Source: Polaribacter sp.
Lineage (GTDB): Bacteria; Pseudomonadota; Gammaproteobacteria; GCA-001735895
Direction of reading: 5' to 3'
DNA length: 53,374 bases
Assembly (NCBI GenBank): GCA_047615545.1
Contig: JBLHID010000003.1
Span: forward strand, 1 to 53,374
The position numbers and the translations under genes were made by a program. Of the stretch, positions 41,146 through 51,594 are shown piece after piece. The notes beneath the pieces were generated by a model that saw only the letters and a program-made list of their open reading frames with translations, did not search any database and was not told the DNA's origin. Position 1 is the first letter of the stretch. Each line of letters starts with the position of its first letter.

Positions 41146-41212
41146 TTCGTCACAGTTGCACCACTGTACTCTCGACCGTTTGATCCTTGTTCCCGCATTT
41201 TGAGTTATTGCC

Positions 41213-42763
41213 ATGAATTCCACACAGTTCGACCAAATTAAGCACGATTACAATCGCATACCATTAATGAGGGAGGTCCTCGCCGACCTCGATACACCAC
41301 TAGGCACTTATCTTAAACTGGCTGACGAACCGTATTCTTACTTGTTCGAATCCGTTCAGGGTGGTGAAAAATGGGGGCGATATTCGATCATTGGGCTGGC
41401 TTGTCATACCCGGCTAAAAGTCTTTGGCCATCATGTGTCAGTCGAGATAGATGGCGAAATAGTGGATGAAGAAGAAACCAGCGATCCGCTGCAATATATA
41501 GAAGACTTCATCAATTCATTTAAGGTCGCAGAAACCGACAGCTTACCCAAGTTCCATGGTGGGCTAGTAGGATATTTTGGTTATGACACTGTGCGTTATG
41601 TCGAACCAAAACTAAAGCAATGTCCTAATCCAGATAAACACGATACGCCCGATATTTTGCTCATGTTGAGTGAAGATTTAGTCGTTTTCGATAATCTGTC
41701 TTCTCGAATGTTTGTCATAGTACATGTCGACCCAGCGTTAGAAAATGCTTGGAGTGGGGGTCAGCAACGGCTCGATGATCTCGAGTCTAAGTTAATCAAT
41801 GTGCGTCTTGATCGCTCTCCCAGTCCTGTAAATGATGCAGTGTCTGAAAATGACTTTCAGTCTGAATTCACCCAGCAGGGTTATCAGGACGCAGTAGAAA
41901 AGGCGCGTCAATATATTATTGACGGCGATGCGATGCAGATTGTTTTATCGCAACGAATGTCTATTCCATTTAAAGCTAAACCGATTGATCTTTACCGCGC
42001 ATTACGAAGCTTGAACCCGTCACCTTATATGTATTACCTAAATTTGGGTGATCATTTTGTGGTTGGTTCCTCACCCGAAATTTTGGTGAGGCTCGAAGAC
42101 GATGATGTCACCGTCAGGCCAATAGCAGGCACTCGTCCGCGAGGCAAAGATAGTAATCACGACTTGGCTTTAGAGAAAGAACTGCTAGCAGACCCAAAAG
42201 AGTTGGCCGAACACCTGATGTTAATCGACCTCGGTCGAAATGACGCCGGGCGTGTGAGCCAAACAGGTAGCGTAACACTGACAGAGAAAATGATTGTCGA
42301 ACGGTATTCGCATGTTATGCATATTGTTTCTAACGTCGAAGGTAAGTTAAAGCCTGATCTAACGGCGATGGATGTATTACGCGCCACCTTTCCGGCAGGT
42401 ACGGTGTCGGGCGCACCTAAAATCCGAGCGATGGAAATCATCGATGAACTCGAGCCAGTGAAACGTGGTATTTATTCTGGTGCTGTAGGTTACCTGTCTT
42501 GGAGCGGTAATATGGATACGGCAATTGCGATACGCACCGCAGTGATTAAAGACGAGACGCTTTACATTCAGGCTGGTGCAGGAATTGTCTACGACTCTGT
42601 CCCCGAAAATGAATGGGCTGAGACTATGAATAAAGGCCGGGCTATTTTTAGAGCGGTAGCGTTGGCTGAAGCTGGCTTGCCAACAAACTTACCTGCCAGC
42701 TTAGCTACTAGATTACCTACCAAGAATGATGGTGAAACTACAGATCAAGAGGCAGCATCATGA
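41213..42763 (+). CDS. trpE: Anthranilate synthase component I
   Basis: [40 protein letters not shown] and GTVSGAPK motifs. Confidence 0.98.
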   Translation: MNSTQFDQIKHDYNRIPLMREVLADLDTPLGTYLKLADEPYSYLFESVQGGEKWGRYSIIGLACHTRLKVFGHHVSVEIDGEIVDEEETSDPLQYIEDFINSFKVAETDSLPKFHGGLVGYFGYDTVRYVEPKLKQCPNPDKHDTPDILLMLSEDLVVFDNLSSRMFVIVHVDPALENAWSGGQQRLDDLESKLINVRLDRSPSPVNDAVSENDFQSEFTQQGYQDAVEKARQYIIDGDAMQIVLSQRMSIPFKAKPIDLYRALRSLNPSPYMYYLNLGDHFVVGSSPEILVRLEDDDVTVRPIAGTRPRGKDSNHDLALEKELLADPKELAEHLMLIDLGRNDAGRVSQTGSVTLTEKMIVERYSHVMHIVSNVEGKLKPDLTAMDVLRATFPAGTVSGAPKIRAMEIIDELEPVKRGIYSGAVGYLSWSGNMDTAIAIRTAVIKDETLYIQAGAGIVYDSVPENEWAETMNKGRAIFRAVALAEAGLPTNLPASLATRLPTKNDGETTDQEAAS

Positions 42764-43353
42764 AAGTACTAATGATCGACAACTACGATTCCTTTACCTA
42801 TAACCTAGTTCAGTATTTGGGAGAGCTAGGTGCCGAAGTCGAAGTCGTTCGAAATGATCAGATCAGCGTTGAGCAAGTCCTCAATAGTGATGCAACTCAT
42901 ATCATGATATCACCTGGTCCTTGCACACCGAATGAGGCTGGCATTTCGATGGATACGATTAAAGCTCTGGCTGGTGTTAAACCAATCCTCGGTGTATGCC
43001 TCGGACATCAAAGTATTGGCCAGGTTTATGGTGGTGATATTATTCATGCAAAACAAATTATGCATGGTAAAACATCAATGGTAAAACACACCGATGAAGG
43101 CGTTTTTAATGGTCTTTCTAATCCGTTTGAAGCAACGCGATACCACTCATTAGTGATCGATAAAGACAGCTTGCCTGATTGCCTGACGTTAACGGCCTGG
43201 ACTGAAAATGAAGATGGCAGTATTGATGAAATAATGGGGGTCAAACATAGTGGCCTTGCAATAGAGGGTGTGCAGTTTCACCCCGAATCGATATTGACCG
43301 AACATGGTCACGATCTGTTGCGTAACTTTTTAAATATGCAAAACGACCTGTGA
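42760..43353 (+). CDS. trpG: Anthranilate synthase component II (glutamine amidotransferase)
   Basis: [23 protein letters not shown] and QFHPES motifs. Confidence 0.97.
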   Translation: MKVLMIDNYDSFTYNLVQYLGELGAEVEVVRNDQISVEQVLNSDATHIMISPGPCTPNEAGISMDTIKALAGVKPILGVCLGHQSIGQVYGGDIIHAKQIMHGKTSMVKHTDEGVFNGLSNPFEATRYHSLVIDKDSLPDCLTLTAWTENEDGSIDEIMGVKHSGLAIEGVQFHPESILTEHGHDLLRNFLNMQNDL

Positions 43354-43361
43354 GGTAAGTG

Positions 43362-44381
43362 ATGAAAATTCAAGCAGCTATTAAGTCGGTTATTGACGGT
43401 CAGGATCTTAGTCAGCAGGATATGACAACGGTCATGAATCAAATTATGACGGGTGAATGTACGCCGGCACAAATTGGTGGATTCCTGGTCGGCATGAGAA
43501 TGAAAGGCGAGACGGTTGACGAAATTACAGCCGCTGCCACGGTGATGCGCGAACTCTCAACACGAGTCAATGTCGATGTCGACCATTTGGTTGATACCTG
43601 TGGCACTGGAGGCGATGCCTCTGGTAGTTTTAATATATCGACAGCGAGTGCAATCGTCACTGCAGCTGCTGGTGCACATGTCGCTAAACATGGTAATCGC
43701 TCAGTATCGGGTGCGACCGGTAGCGCTGATGTGCTTGAAGCGGTGGGTGTGAATCTGGATATTACGCCAGAACAGGTGGGTCACTGTATTAGTCAGGTAG
43801 GCGTGGGTTTCATGTTCGCGCAAAAGCATCATAGTGCGATGCGCCATGCCATTGGGCCACGAAAAGAAATGGCCGTCAGAACTATTTTCAATGTATTAGG
43901 ACCGCTGACCAATCCAGCCAGTGCACCGAACCAAGTGATCGGTGTGTTTGACAAAGAGCTAGTTGAGCCAATTGCACATGTACTAGGACAGCTAGGAAGT
44001 CGCCATGTGATAGTGGCTCATTCTGAGGATGGCATGGATGAAGTGAGTGTCTCCGCTGTCACTCATATCGCTGAACTTAAAGATGGAACAGTTAAAACCT
44101 ATAGTGTTTCGCCAACTGACTTTGGACTCGAAATGTCGGACATAGCGTCGCTCAAAGTAGATACAGTGGCGCAAAGCCTGACGATAATAGAGTCGGTACT
44201 AGCCAATACTCCAGGTCCAGCGCGAGATATTGTTTGCGTCAATGCGGGTGCTGCGATTTATGTGGCGGGCATCGCGGATAGCTGGCAAGCAGGTGTGCAA
44301 ATGGCGCAAAGCGTTATTGCTGAAGGTAAAGCCGCTAGCATCCTCAACAAACTGGTGGAAAAGTCGAATAGTTATGAGTAA
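43362..44381 (+). CDS. trpD: Anthranilate phosphoribosyltransferase
   Basis: [20 protein letters not shown] and [13 protein letters not shown] motifs. Confidence 0.98.
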   Translation: MKIQAAIKSVIDGQDLSQQDMTTVMNQIMTGECTPAQIGGFLVGMRMKGETVDEITAAATVMRELSTRVNVDVDHLVDTCGTGGDASGSFNISTASAIVTAAAGAHVAKHGNRSVSGATGSADVLEAVGVNLDITPEQVGHCISQVGVGFMFAQKHHSAMRHAIGPRKEMAVRTIFNVLGPLTNPASAPNQVIGVFDKELVEPIAHVLGQLGSRHVIVAHSEDGMDEVSVSAVTHIAELKDGTVKTYSVSPTDFGLEMSDIASLKVDTVAQSLTIIESVLANTPGPARDIVCVNAGAAIYVAGIADSWQAGVQMAQSVIAEGKAASILNKLVEKSNSYE

Positions 44382-45192
44382 CGCAACCCCCGACATACTG
44401 TTAAAAATACTGGCGCGTAAGAAAGCTGAAATTGCAGACCGCAAGCGTTTGGTTCCCATCAGTCAATTACAAAAGAAGCTAGCATCTGCATCTGCACCTG
44501 AATCTGTACCCAGGGGTTTTATCCAATCACTGCGAAATAAAAATGCCCAGGGTTTATCGGCCGTCATTGCAGAGATTAAAAAAGCATCACCCAGTCAGGG
44601 TGTCATCCGAGAGAATTTTAACCCGGTCGAAATAGCCCGGTCTTACGCGAATGCCGGAGCCGCCTGTCTTTCTGTACTCACCGATGTTGATTTTTTTCAA
44701 GGGCATGATGATTATCTGACAGCCGCTCGAAATGCTTGTTTATTGCCTGTCATACGAAAAGATTTCTTCATTGACGAATATCAAATAGTTGAAGCCAGAA
44801 CACTGGGAGCAGATTGTATTTTGCTTATCGTCGCAGCTTTGGATGACAAGGCACTAAGTCACTTGCATCAAGTGGCCACGGACCTTGGAATGGATGTGCT
44901 AGTGGAGGTGCATGATCAGCAAGAGTTAGATCGCGCCATGAAGCTTGGCCTGTCCCTAGTCGGAATTAATAATCGAAATCTGAGAACATTTGAAACCAGC
45001 TTATCAACAACCATTGATCTGCTGGGCCAAATACCTGCCGATTGTCTGGTAGTAACCGAAAGCGGTATCCACACCAGCGCTGACGTAAAGCTCATGCGTG
45101 ATCATAATGTGAATTCATTCTTGGTTGGCGAAGCGTTTATGCGTGCGGAACAACCGGGTGACGCGCTGCGCTCGTTATTCTTTAGTTCTTAA
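44374..45192 (+). CDS. trpC: Indole-3-glycerol phosphate synthase (start ATG 44374)
   Basis: [28 protein letters not shown] and ESGI motifs. Confidence 0.97.
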   Translation: MSNATPDILLKILARKKAEIADRKRLVPISQLQKKLASASAPESVPRGFIQSLRNKNAQGLSAVIAEIKKASPSQGVIRENFNPVEIARSYANAGAACLSVLTDVDFFQGHDDYLTAARNACLLPVIRKDFFIDEYQIVEARTLGADCILLIVAALDDKALSHLHQVATDLGMDVLVEVHDQQELDRAMKLGLSLVGINNRNLRTFETSLSTTIDLLGQIPADCLVVTESGIHTSADVKLMRDHNVNSFLVGEAFMRAEQPGDALRSLFFSS

Positions 45193-45250
45193 TCAAAGGC
45201 TCTAATTCATCATAGCCAAATGATCATAGCCAAATGGTCAGGCTGAATCA

Positions 45251-45622
45251 TCAGCTCTGAATAATAATAGCCACCACATCGCGATCTTCCGCAACTAAAA
45301 TATTAAATGTTCGGCACAACGCGCCGGTATTCATCACTTCAAGACCAATACCTTTTTCACCGAGTAATCCAAAGATTCTAGGTTCTGGGAAAACCTGTTT
45401 ATCACCCGTGCCGAGTAATACCACATCGGGATTTAAGTCGAGAACGGTCTGTAAAGTGTGTTCGTTCAGATCATCAATGGAGTTGATTGGTGAAGGGCTG
45501 ATCAATACTTCAGGAGACAGGATCAAGCTGCCTTGATACGGCTTTTGGTTGATAGTAATATCGGTCGATGTGTAACCCGAAATACTGTAACGGCTGGTGA
45601 TTCTATCTTCGGCTAGAGGCAT
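45251..45622 (-). CDS. Mth938-like (DUF498/NDUFAF3) protein
   Basis: PDVVLLGTG and GIGLEVMNTGALCRTFNILVAEDR motifs. Confidence 0.88.
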   Translation of the reverse strand: MPLAEDRITSRYSISGYTSTDITINQKPYQGSLILSPEVLISPSPINSIDDLNEHTLQTVLDLNPDVVLLGTGDKQVFPEPRIFGLLGEKGIGLEVMNTGALCRTFNILVAEDRDVVAIIIQS

Positions 45623-45732
45623 CTGTGCATGATAATCGAATCTAGGTTGTCGATCAAACTGGGTATTGCTAGTTGAAGAAAAAACGGTAACCGGCCCGAT
45701 GAACGGGCGGTAAATGAGCTTGCTAATGAAGG

Positions 45733-46380
45733 CTAGCGAGTGCCCAATATCACAATAGTTTGACCATGGGCCGTAATCAGGCCGTCCTCTTCAAGTGTTT
45801 TCATAACGCGGCCTGCCATCTCGCGAGAGCAGCCTACTATTTTAGCAATTTCCTGACGTGTAATCTTAATTTGCATGCCATCAGGATGGGTCATTGCATT
45901 GGGTTCCTTGGAAAGATCTAATAGCGTTCCGGCAACTCGGCCTGTGACATCCATAAATGCAAGGTTGCTCACTTTACGGCTGGTGTTGCGTAAGCGACTG
46001 GCAAGCTGAGCCGATAGCTGGAAAAGAATTTCTGGTGTTTCTTTGGCGAGTGTAATGAACTGGCTGTAGTGAATTTCAGCGACTTCGCAAGCAGTTCGAG
46101 TGTTTACCCTGGCGCTACGTTTGGTGTCTTCTTCGAATAAGCCCATCTCACCAAAAAAGTCACCTGGGTTTAGATAAGCGAGGATAATCTCGTTGCAATC
46201 CTCGTCTTCGATGACTACGCTAACCGATCCCTCAATAATATAGTAGAGTGTTTCGGAATCTTCACCTGCACGGATGATCGTGTTTCGAGCGGTGTGTTTT
46301 TTGACATGACAATGGCCTAAAAATATTTCAAGTGCTTGGTTTTGGCGAGGTGGCACCTTAACTATGGGGTTAACAATCAT
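45733..46380 (-). CDS. crp: cAMP receptor protein (Crp/Vfr)
   Basis: [13 protein letters not shown] cNMP pocket, [25 protein letters not shown] and [12 protein letters not shown]. Confidence 0.96.
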   Translation of the reverse strand: MIVNPIVKVPPRQNQALEIFLGHCHVKKHTARNTIIRAGEDSETLYYIIEGSVSVVIEDEDCNEIILAYLNPGDFFGEMGLFEEDTKRSARVNTRTACEVAEIHYSQFITLAKETPEILFQLSAQLASRLRNTSRKVSNLAFMDVTGRVAGTLLDLSKEPNAMTHPDGMQIKITRQEIAKIVGCSREMAGRVMKTLEEDGLITAHGQTIVILGTR

Positions 46381-46461
46381 TGATCCATCTGACTACTTTA
46401 GTGATTAGTTTATCTAAAATATCACAAATTGAGTAGTGCAACATTAATTGAGTAAAAAAAT

Positions 46462-46881
46462 ATGAAGTGCAAGGTTAAGTGGTTGGATAATATGACATTT
46501 GTTGGTGAGTCTGGCAGTGGTCATGCAGTAGTGATGGATGGTGCTCCCGAACATGGTGGGCGCGACATGGGTATTCGTCCAATGGAAATGTTATTGCTAG
46601 GGTTAGGCGGTTGTACATCCTTCGATGTCGTGACGATATTAAATAAATCGAGGCAAAAGTTTGTCGATTGTCATGTTGAAATCGAAGCCGAGCGCTCCGA
46701 AGAAATACCGAAAGTATTCACCAAAATCCACATTCATTTTGTCGTCAGTGGCAAAGGTCTTGATCCAGCTAAAGTCAAAAAGGCAGTTAATTTATCGGCA
46801 GAGAAATATTGCTCAGCCTCGAAAATGCTCGAAGCGGCGGCTCAAATGACACATGATTTTGAAATTGTCGAAGTTGACTAA
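46462..46881 (+). CDS. yhfA: OsmC family protein YhfA
   Basis: GIRPMEMLLLGLGGCTSFDV and LSAEKYCSAS, divergent from crp as usual. Confidence 0.9.
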   Translation: MKCKVKWLDNMTFVGESGSGHAVVMDGAPEHGGRDMGIRPMEMLLLGLGGCTSFDVVTILNKSRQKFVDCHVEIEAERSEEIPKVFTKIHIHFVVSGKGLDPAKVKKAVNLSAEKYCSASKMLEAAAQMTHDFEIVEVD

Positions 46882-46912
46882 AGCGTCCCGCCGTTAAAAT
46901 GAAGCCCCCCCA

Positions 46913-47115
46913 AGGGCGTCTCTAAAAATAGTATTTTTTTTTGTGACCTGTTGTTGCAGGAGCATAAAATCGGTTATGTACATGGATGTACGGTATGTCG
47001 ATTTTGCAGGAGCATAAAATTGGTTATGTACATGGATGTACGGTATGTCGATTTTGCAGGAGCATAAAATCGGTGACGCCGCAATCGTGGAAAAAGTGTA
47101 TTTTTAGAGGCACCT
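46913..47115 (+). mobile_element. MITE, copy 1 (about 200 bp)
   Basis: Terminal inverted repeats AGGGCGTCTCTAAAAATA...TATTTTTAGAGGCACCT. Both ends match the inverted copy at 49298-49529. Confidence 0.8.
46954..47074 (+). repeat. 50-bp tandem repeat, about 2.4 copies, inside the MITE
   Basis: TTGCAGGAGCATAAAATYGGTTATGTACATGGATGTACGGTATGTCGATT starts at 46954 and 47004, with a partial copy at 47054. Confidence 0.95.
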
Positions 47116-47755
47116 AAACTCGATAGGCTGCAAAGGTCATCACCTTGCTTGTCAGCGCCATGGCTCGTTTAACGACGCTGGGAAGTTGGGCTGCACCGGC
47201 CTTGCGGGCTTCAATAGCGTGTCGCATTTCGTCGGCTTTCATAGTTTCAAGAACAACCTTACTACGTAGATCTTGCTCGGGCAGCTTTTCGAGGTGACTA
47301 TCTAGGTGTTTGCAAACTTGTTTTTCGGTCTCTTCAACAAAGCCCAGGCTCCATTTGTCGCCAATAGCACCAGCCACCGATCCAATTGCAAACGAGCCTA
47401 GATACCAAAGCCCGTCGAGTTTACTGCGGTTTTCACCTAGTTCGGATAGGCGCTGCTGGCACCAATTGAGGTGCTCGTTTTCTTCTTCGGCAGCAGCTCG
47501 CATGGTCTCACTCGTTTTTAGGTCGTGGGCACTAAAAGCCTGGCCTCGGTACAGCCCCTGTGCCGCCACCTCTCCAGCATTATTAACCCGCATTAATCCG
47601 GCCGCGTGTTGTTGTTCGCTGTCTGATAGTGGCGTGTTTTCGACTGCCGAGCCAGGATAAGGCCTAGCATTGGTAAAAGGCCGCTGTTGGCAGGTCTTTA
47701 GACCATGCTGTAGTTCATCTATAAGAGAGTCGATCAAATTAAGCTTTTGTAGCAT
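47114..47755 (-). CDS. coq7: Demethoxyubiquinone hydroxylase (di-iron)
   Basis: AGLMRVNNAGEVAAQGLYRGQ, EEENEHL, SLGFVEETEKQV..HL and DEMRH motifs. Confidence 0.93.
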   Translation of the reverse strand: MLQKLNLIDSLIDELQHGLKTCQQRPFTNARPYPGSAVENTPLSDSEQQHAAGLMRVNNAGEVAAQGLYRGQAFSAHDLKTSETMRAAAEEENEHLNWCQQRLSELGENRSKLDGLWYLGSFAIGSVAGAIGDKWSLGFVEETEKQVCKHLDSHLEKLPEQDLRSKVVLETMKADEMRHAIEARKAGAAQLPSVVKRAMALTSKVMTFAAYRV

Positions 47756-47982
47756 CGGGTAATTTCCAGTTGGTAACAGCGTACAAGGCTCGATTATACA
47801 GAATTAATTAAGGTCCGATCATTTTCTATATTAGATTTGCCTAGCTCGGACTAGGCTAGTTAGGATTAGTATAAAGATAGATGTATTGAGACTTATTAGA
47901 TCCGGCTCTCAAATAGACATTAAATAGATCCGAAATTAGTGATCAAGCCGCAATAATTTGATAACGTATTTTAAATGATTGC

Positions 47983-47999
47983 TGCTATAATCCCGCGCC
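47983..47999 (+). promoter_or_regulatory. Extended -10 promoter with GC-rich discriminator (distal rplM promoter or sRNA promoter)
   Basis: TG-C-TATAAT-CCCGCGCC. Confidence 0.55.
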
Positions 48000-48111
48000 T
48001 GAATGGCCTTGGTTAATTGATCTCGTTAATCAGAAAAGCATCATTAAAGTCAGTTCAGGCAGCGGCATTAGAACTAACCAGAATATTTCAACTTTCAACG
48101 CCTGATTTGGC

Positions 48112-48148
48112 TTGTCAAGGTTGATTTTATCCGTTAGTATTCGCGCCC
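48112..48148 (+). promoter_or_regulatory. Sigma70 promoter of rplM-rpsI
   Basis: TTGTCA-17 nt-TAGTAT followed by the stringent-type discriminator TCGCGCCC. Confidence 0.65.
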
Positions 48149-48196
48149 TTTGTTGAAGAAGCCAAAGCGTAATAATGACGCTTAACAGGAACAAGT

Positions 48197-48625
48197 ATGA
48201 AAACCTTTAGTGCCAAGCAAGAAACTGTTAAACGAGAGTGGTTCGTTATCGACGCTACTGATAAGATCCTCGGTCGTTTGTCGACAGAGATTGCTCGTCG
48301 TTTACGTGGTAAGCATAAGCCAGAATATACGCCTCATGTCGATACAGGTGATTACATTGTAATCGTCAACGCTGACAAAGTGCGTGTTACCGGCAACAAA
48401 GAGCAAGACAAAATTTATTATCATCACACAGGTTTTATCGGAAGTTTGAAATCAATCAATCTTGCGAAGCTGCGTAAAGAGCATCCTGAGAGAATTATCG
48501 AAAAGTCAGTTAAGGGGATGTTGCCAAAAAATTCACTTGGTCGGACTATGTTTAAAAAGCTGAAAGTTTATGCTGGTGCAACACATGAGCACGCAGCACA
48601 ACAACCACAGCCACTAGAAATTTAA
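48197..48625 (+). CDS. rplM: 50S ribosomal protein L13
   Basis: [18 protein letters not shown] and KGMLPKN motifs. Confidence 0.99.
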   Translation: MKTFSAKQETVKREWFVIDATDKILGRLSTEIARRLRGKHKPEYTPHVDTGDYIVIVNADKVRVTGNKEQDKIYYHHTGFIGSLKSINLAKLRKEHPERIIEKSVKGMLPKNSLGRTMFKKLKVYAGATHEHAAQQPQPLEI

Positions 48626-48640
48626 AGGGTCGTTATTATT

Positions 48641-49033
48641 ATGTCAGCCGAACAATATTATGGTACTGGTCGTCGCAAGAGTTCAGCAGCACGAGTTTAT
48701 TTAACTGCTGGTAAAGGCGCGATTACAGTCAATAAAAAAAGCATTGAAGACTATTTTGGACGTGAAACTTCACGCATGGTTGTTCGTCAGCCATTACAAA
48801 CTGTTGATATGTTAGAAAATTTCGACATCAATGTCAGTGTTGCTGGCGGCGGCCCAAGTGGTCAAGCTGGTGCCATTCGTTTGGGTATCACCCGTGCATT
48901 AATGCAGTACGACGAAACATTTCGTCCAGCATTGCGTAAAGAAGGTTTTGTGACACGTGATGCGAGAGAAGTAGAACGTAAGAAAGTCGGTTTGCGTAAA
49001 GCACGTCGTGGCGTTCAGTTCTCTAAGCGTTAA
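48641..49033 (+). CDS. rpsI: 30S ribosomal protein S9
   Basis: [22 protein letters not shown] and QFSKR C-terminus. Confidence 0.99.
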   Translation: MSAEQYYGTGRRKSSAARVYLTAGKGAITVNKKSIEDYFGRETSRMVVRQPLQTVDMLENFDINVSVAGGGPSGQAGAIRLGITRALMQYDETFRPALRKEGFVTRDAREVERKKVGLRKARRGVQFSKR

Positions 49034-49054
49034 GACGACTGTTACAAGTTTTGG

Positions 49055-49084
49055 AAAAAGCCTGCTTTATGCAGGCTTTTTTTT
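49055..49084 (+). terminator. Rho-independent terminator of rplM-rpsI
   Basis: AAAAAGCCTGC-TTTAT-GCAGGCTTTTTTTT. Confidence 0.9.
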
Positions 49085-49297
49085 GCCTGCTCAAAAATAA
49101 GTGGATTCTCAATAATATGTGGTGAGTGCTGACCGAGCGGTAATGATCTTGGGTGGAGAAAGCAATTTTTGTGTTTTCTCAGGTGTTATTTTAATCCTGA
49201 TGTCGCTGTTTTTTTCGAAATACCGATTAGTTTTTACAGTTACCGTTGTATTATTTTTCTTTAGATGTACTGATCAGGGTGTTGAGCAGTAAATTTC

Positions 49298-49529
49298 AGG
49301 ATAACTCTAAAAATGCACTTTTTCCGCGATTGCGGCGTGGCCTCGTGGTCCCTACTTGGCAGCTCCGTGCCGGTACGCCAGCCCGGTCGATCCTCATGTA
49401 CTTCATGTACACTCCGGTTCTCCGCTACGCTCCGGCTCCTTGCACTTATTGCCATGGATGGCATGTATGCCTGTTTTGCAGGAGCGCAAAAACAGTTCAC
49501 AAAAAAAGTACTATTTTTAGGGGTGCCCT
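49298..49529 (-). mobile_element. MITE, copy 2 (inverted relative to copy 1, about 230 bp)
   Basis: CTCTAAAAATGCACTTTTTCCGCGATTGCGGCGT is the reverse complement of the copy 1 right end. CACAAAAAAAGTACTATTTTTAGGGGTGCCCT is the reverse complement of the copy 1 left end. GC-rich interior. Confidence 0.8.
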
Positions 49530-49596
49530 TTAGATTATCATCGCACCGACATTAAACTTATCGACACGTGGCAAGCCACGAGGAATTTCACCCGCA

Positions 49597-50448
49597 GTGA
49601 TTAAAAAAATATTAGTAACAGGTGGTGCAGGTTTCATTGGCAGTAATCTATGTGAAAAGCTGGCAAGCAGTCCCAATCATATAGTGTATTCGCTTGATAA
49701 CTATTCAACCGGGAGTAAGAAAAACCACGTAGATAATGTGATATATATAGAAGGCGAAACTGCGAATATAGACCAACTAATTGATTTTAATCCGGACCAC
49801 ATTTACCACCTTGGTGAGTATTCGAGAGTAGAACAAAGCTTCGACGATATTGAACAAGTTTGGAGATACAATAAGGATGGTATTTTTGCAGTATTACAGT
49901 TTTGCAGAAAAACGGCAGCAAAGCTTATCTATGCAGGCAGTAGTACCAAATTTGGCGACGGTGGCCTTGGGCGAAATCAAAGTCCTTACGCTTGGACAAA
50001 AGCAAGTAATACCGAACTGGTGCAAAATTATGGGGTTTGGTTTAACGTGCCTTATGCCATCGTGTATTTTTATAATGTCTACGGAAATCGAGAAATATCG
50101 ACAGGTAAATACGCCACACTGATCGCACTATTTGGAGATAGAATAGCTAAAAACTTACCGTTAACAGTAGTCAGCCCCGGCTCACAAAAAAGAAATTTCA
50201 CGCACATTGATGACATCATCAAGGGACTGGTGCTTGTTGGTGAGAAAGGTTACGGAGACGAATTTGGAATTGGAAGCTCAGAAGCATTCACGGTACTAGA
50301 AATTGCGGAAATGTTTGGGGGAAATATTGAAATGTTGCCCGAAAGAAAAGGTAACAGAATGACAGCTGATGTGGTTACAGCTAAAACAGAGGCATTAGGA
50401 TGGAAAGCCACAAAATCTATATTGGATTATATTAAAAGCAATGGTTAA
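49597..50448 (+). CDS. NAD-dependent nucleotide-sugar epimerase/dehydratase
   Basis: ILVTGGAGFIGSNL, AGSS, SPYAWTK (YxxxK), FYNVYG and RNFTHIDD motifs. Confidence 0.9.
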   Translation: MIKKILVTGGAGFIGSNLCEKLASSPNHIVYSLDNYSTGSKKNHVDNVIYIEGETANIDQLIDFNPDHIYHLGEYSRVEQSFDDIEQVWRYNKDGIFAVLQFCRKTAAKLIYAGSSTKFGDGGLGRNQSPYAWTKASNTELVQNYGVWFNVPYAIVYFYNVYGNREISTGKYATLIALFGDRIAKNLPLTVVSPGSQKRNFTHIDDIIKGLVLVGEKGYGDEFGIGSSEAFTVLEIAEMFGGNIEMLPERKGNRMTADVVTAKTEALGWKATKSILDYIKSNG

Positions 50449-50731
50449 TACCGACATTATTTTGCACAACCTTGGTTATGCAGACTCAATAAAGTGTGGA
50501 GGAATCATATTGGCATCAGATATTGATGCTCATAAGGAAGGTTATAAAGATGGATCAATGTACTTTAATCCTTATTCTGCAGTAGATTGACATTCAAAAA
50601 TTGAGAGTATGCTTGATCTCTCCGATAGCGAGAAAGAGACCATGGAATCAAAGGGATATGATGTATAAAATTGATATTCAGAAAAGGTAATAGAGCGACA
50701 ATGGGCTGATTACTTTACGGCTATGGAATAA
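50441..50731 (+). pseudogene. C-terminal fragment of a GT-B (GT4-like) glycosyltransferase with 3 internal stops
   Basis: One frame reads ...KCGGIILASDIDAHKEGYKDGSMYFNPYSAVD*HSKIE...KGYDV*N*YSEKVIERQWADYF, resembling the GT4 'V.ASDI..HREV.GDA..YFDP' tail. Confidence 0.6.
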
Positions 50732-50770
50732 AAGCTGTGTTTTAGTCGCCAGTCGCGCAGAATATCTTAC

Positions 50771-51433
50771 TTAGGCAAAAACCGTCTGAGCACCATGCTC
50801 TTCCCCAAGGATCAAAACATCCGCTGGACGATGAGCAAACAGACCAACGCAGACAACCCCAGTCATTTGATTGATCTGGTTTTCTAACGCAAGGGCGTCT
50901 TCAATTTGAAGGCCGTGCAAGTCTAGGATGATATTGCCATTGTCAGTTACAAAGCCTTCCCTCAGTTTTGCTTCACAGCCAAATTGTTCTAACTGTCTAG
51001 CGACTAGATTTTGAGCCATAGGAATGACTTCGACCGGTAGCGGGAAGTCGCCGAGTACGTTAACCAGCTTACTGGCATCTGCAATACAAACGAATTGATC
51101 ACTGGCGGCTGCAATAATTTTTTCGCGAGTAAGTGCACCACCACCGCCTTTGATCAAATGTAATTGACGATTAGATTCATCGGCACCATCAACATAGACA
51201 GACAGGCGCCCAGCTTCATTAAGATCGATGACGGGTATGCCGTATTTTCGCAACTGCTCGGTTGAAGCAATCGAGCTGGAGACAGCCGCTTTTATTTGGC
51301 CCTTAAAATGCTCGGCGAGTAAATCGATGAAATGATTAACCGTCGAACCAGTTCCGACGCCGATGATAGTGTTTGGTTTGACATAGTCGAGTGCAGCGCG
51401 TGCTGCTACTATTTTTTTCTCATCTGGGGTCAT
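50771..51433 (-). CDS. rpiA: Ribose-5-phosphate isomerase A
   Basis: [28 protein letters not shown] and TDNGNIILD motifs. Confidence 0.98.
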   Translation of the reverse strand: MTPDEKKIVAARAALDYVKPNTIIGVGTGSTVNHFIDLLAEHFKGQIKAAVSSSIASTEQLRKYGIPVIDLNEAGRLSVYVDGADESNRQLHLIKGGGGALTREKIIAAASDQFVCIADASKLVNVLGDFPLPVEVIPMAQNLVARQLEQFGCEAKLREGFVTDNGNIILDLHGLQIEDALALENQINQMTGVVCVGLFAHRPADVLILGEEHGAQTVFA

Positions 51434-51482
51434 TCAAATCTTCCAATGGTAAAGGTTGTTGAATTTTATCGACTGTATATGC

Positions 51483-51504
51483 AATTGTCATGTAAATCAC
51501 ACAT
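51483..51504. promoter_or_regulatory. Putative CRP/Vfr site in the rpiA-ilvA divergent region
   Basis: AAT-TGTCA-TGTAAA-TCACA-CAT has one mismatch to TGTGA-N6-TCACA. Confidence 0.45.
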
Positions 51505-51594
51505 CGCTTCATAATAAACGATCTGCATAATAAATAACCCACTAGAGTTGACTTTGTTAGTCCCTCAAGCACAATCGATCTATCTTTTAAATTT

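Noticed and set aside
44230-44373. Extended N-termini of trpC (and likewise purE and the CoA ligase)
   Set aside because: They overlap upstream genes or lack support. Homology and RBS position favour the downstream starts.
46954-47074. Possible CRISPR array
   Set aside because: The units are head-to-tail near-identical 50-mers with no unique spacers, there are no cas genes, and the array lies inside a MITE.
49246-49555. Three overlapping short ORFs
   Set aside because: They derive from the GC-rich MITE interior and have no protein features.
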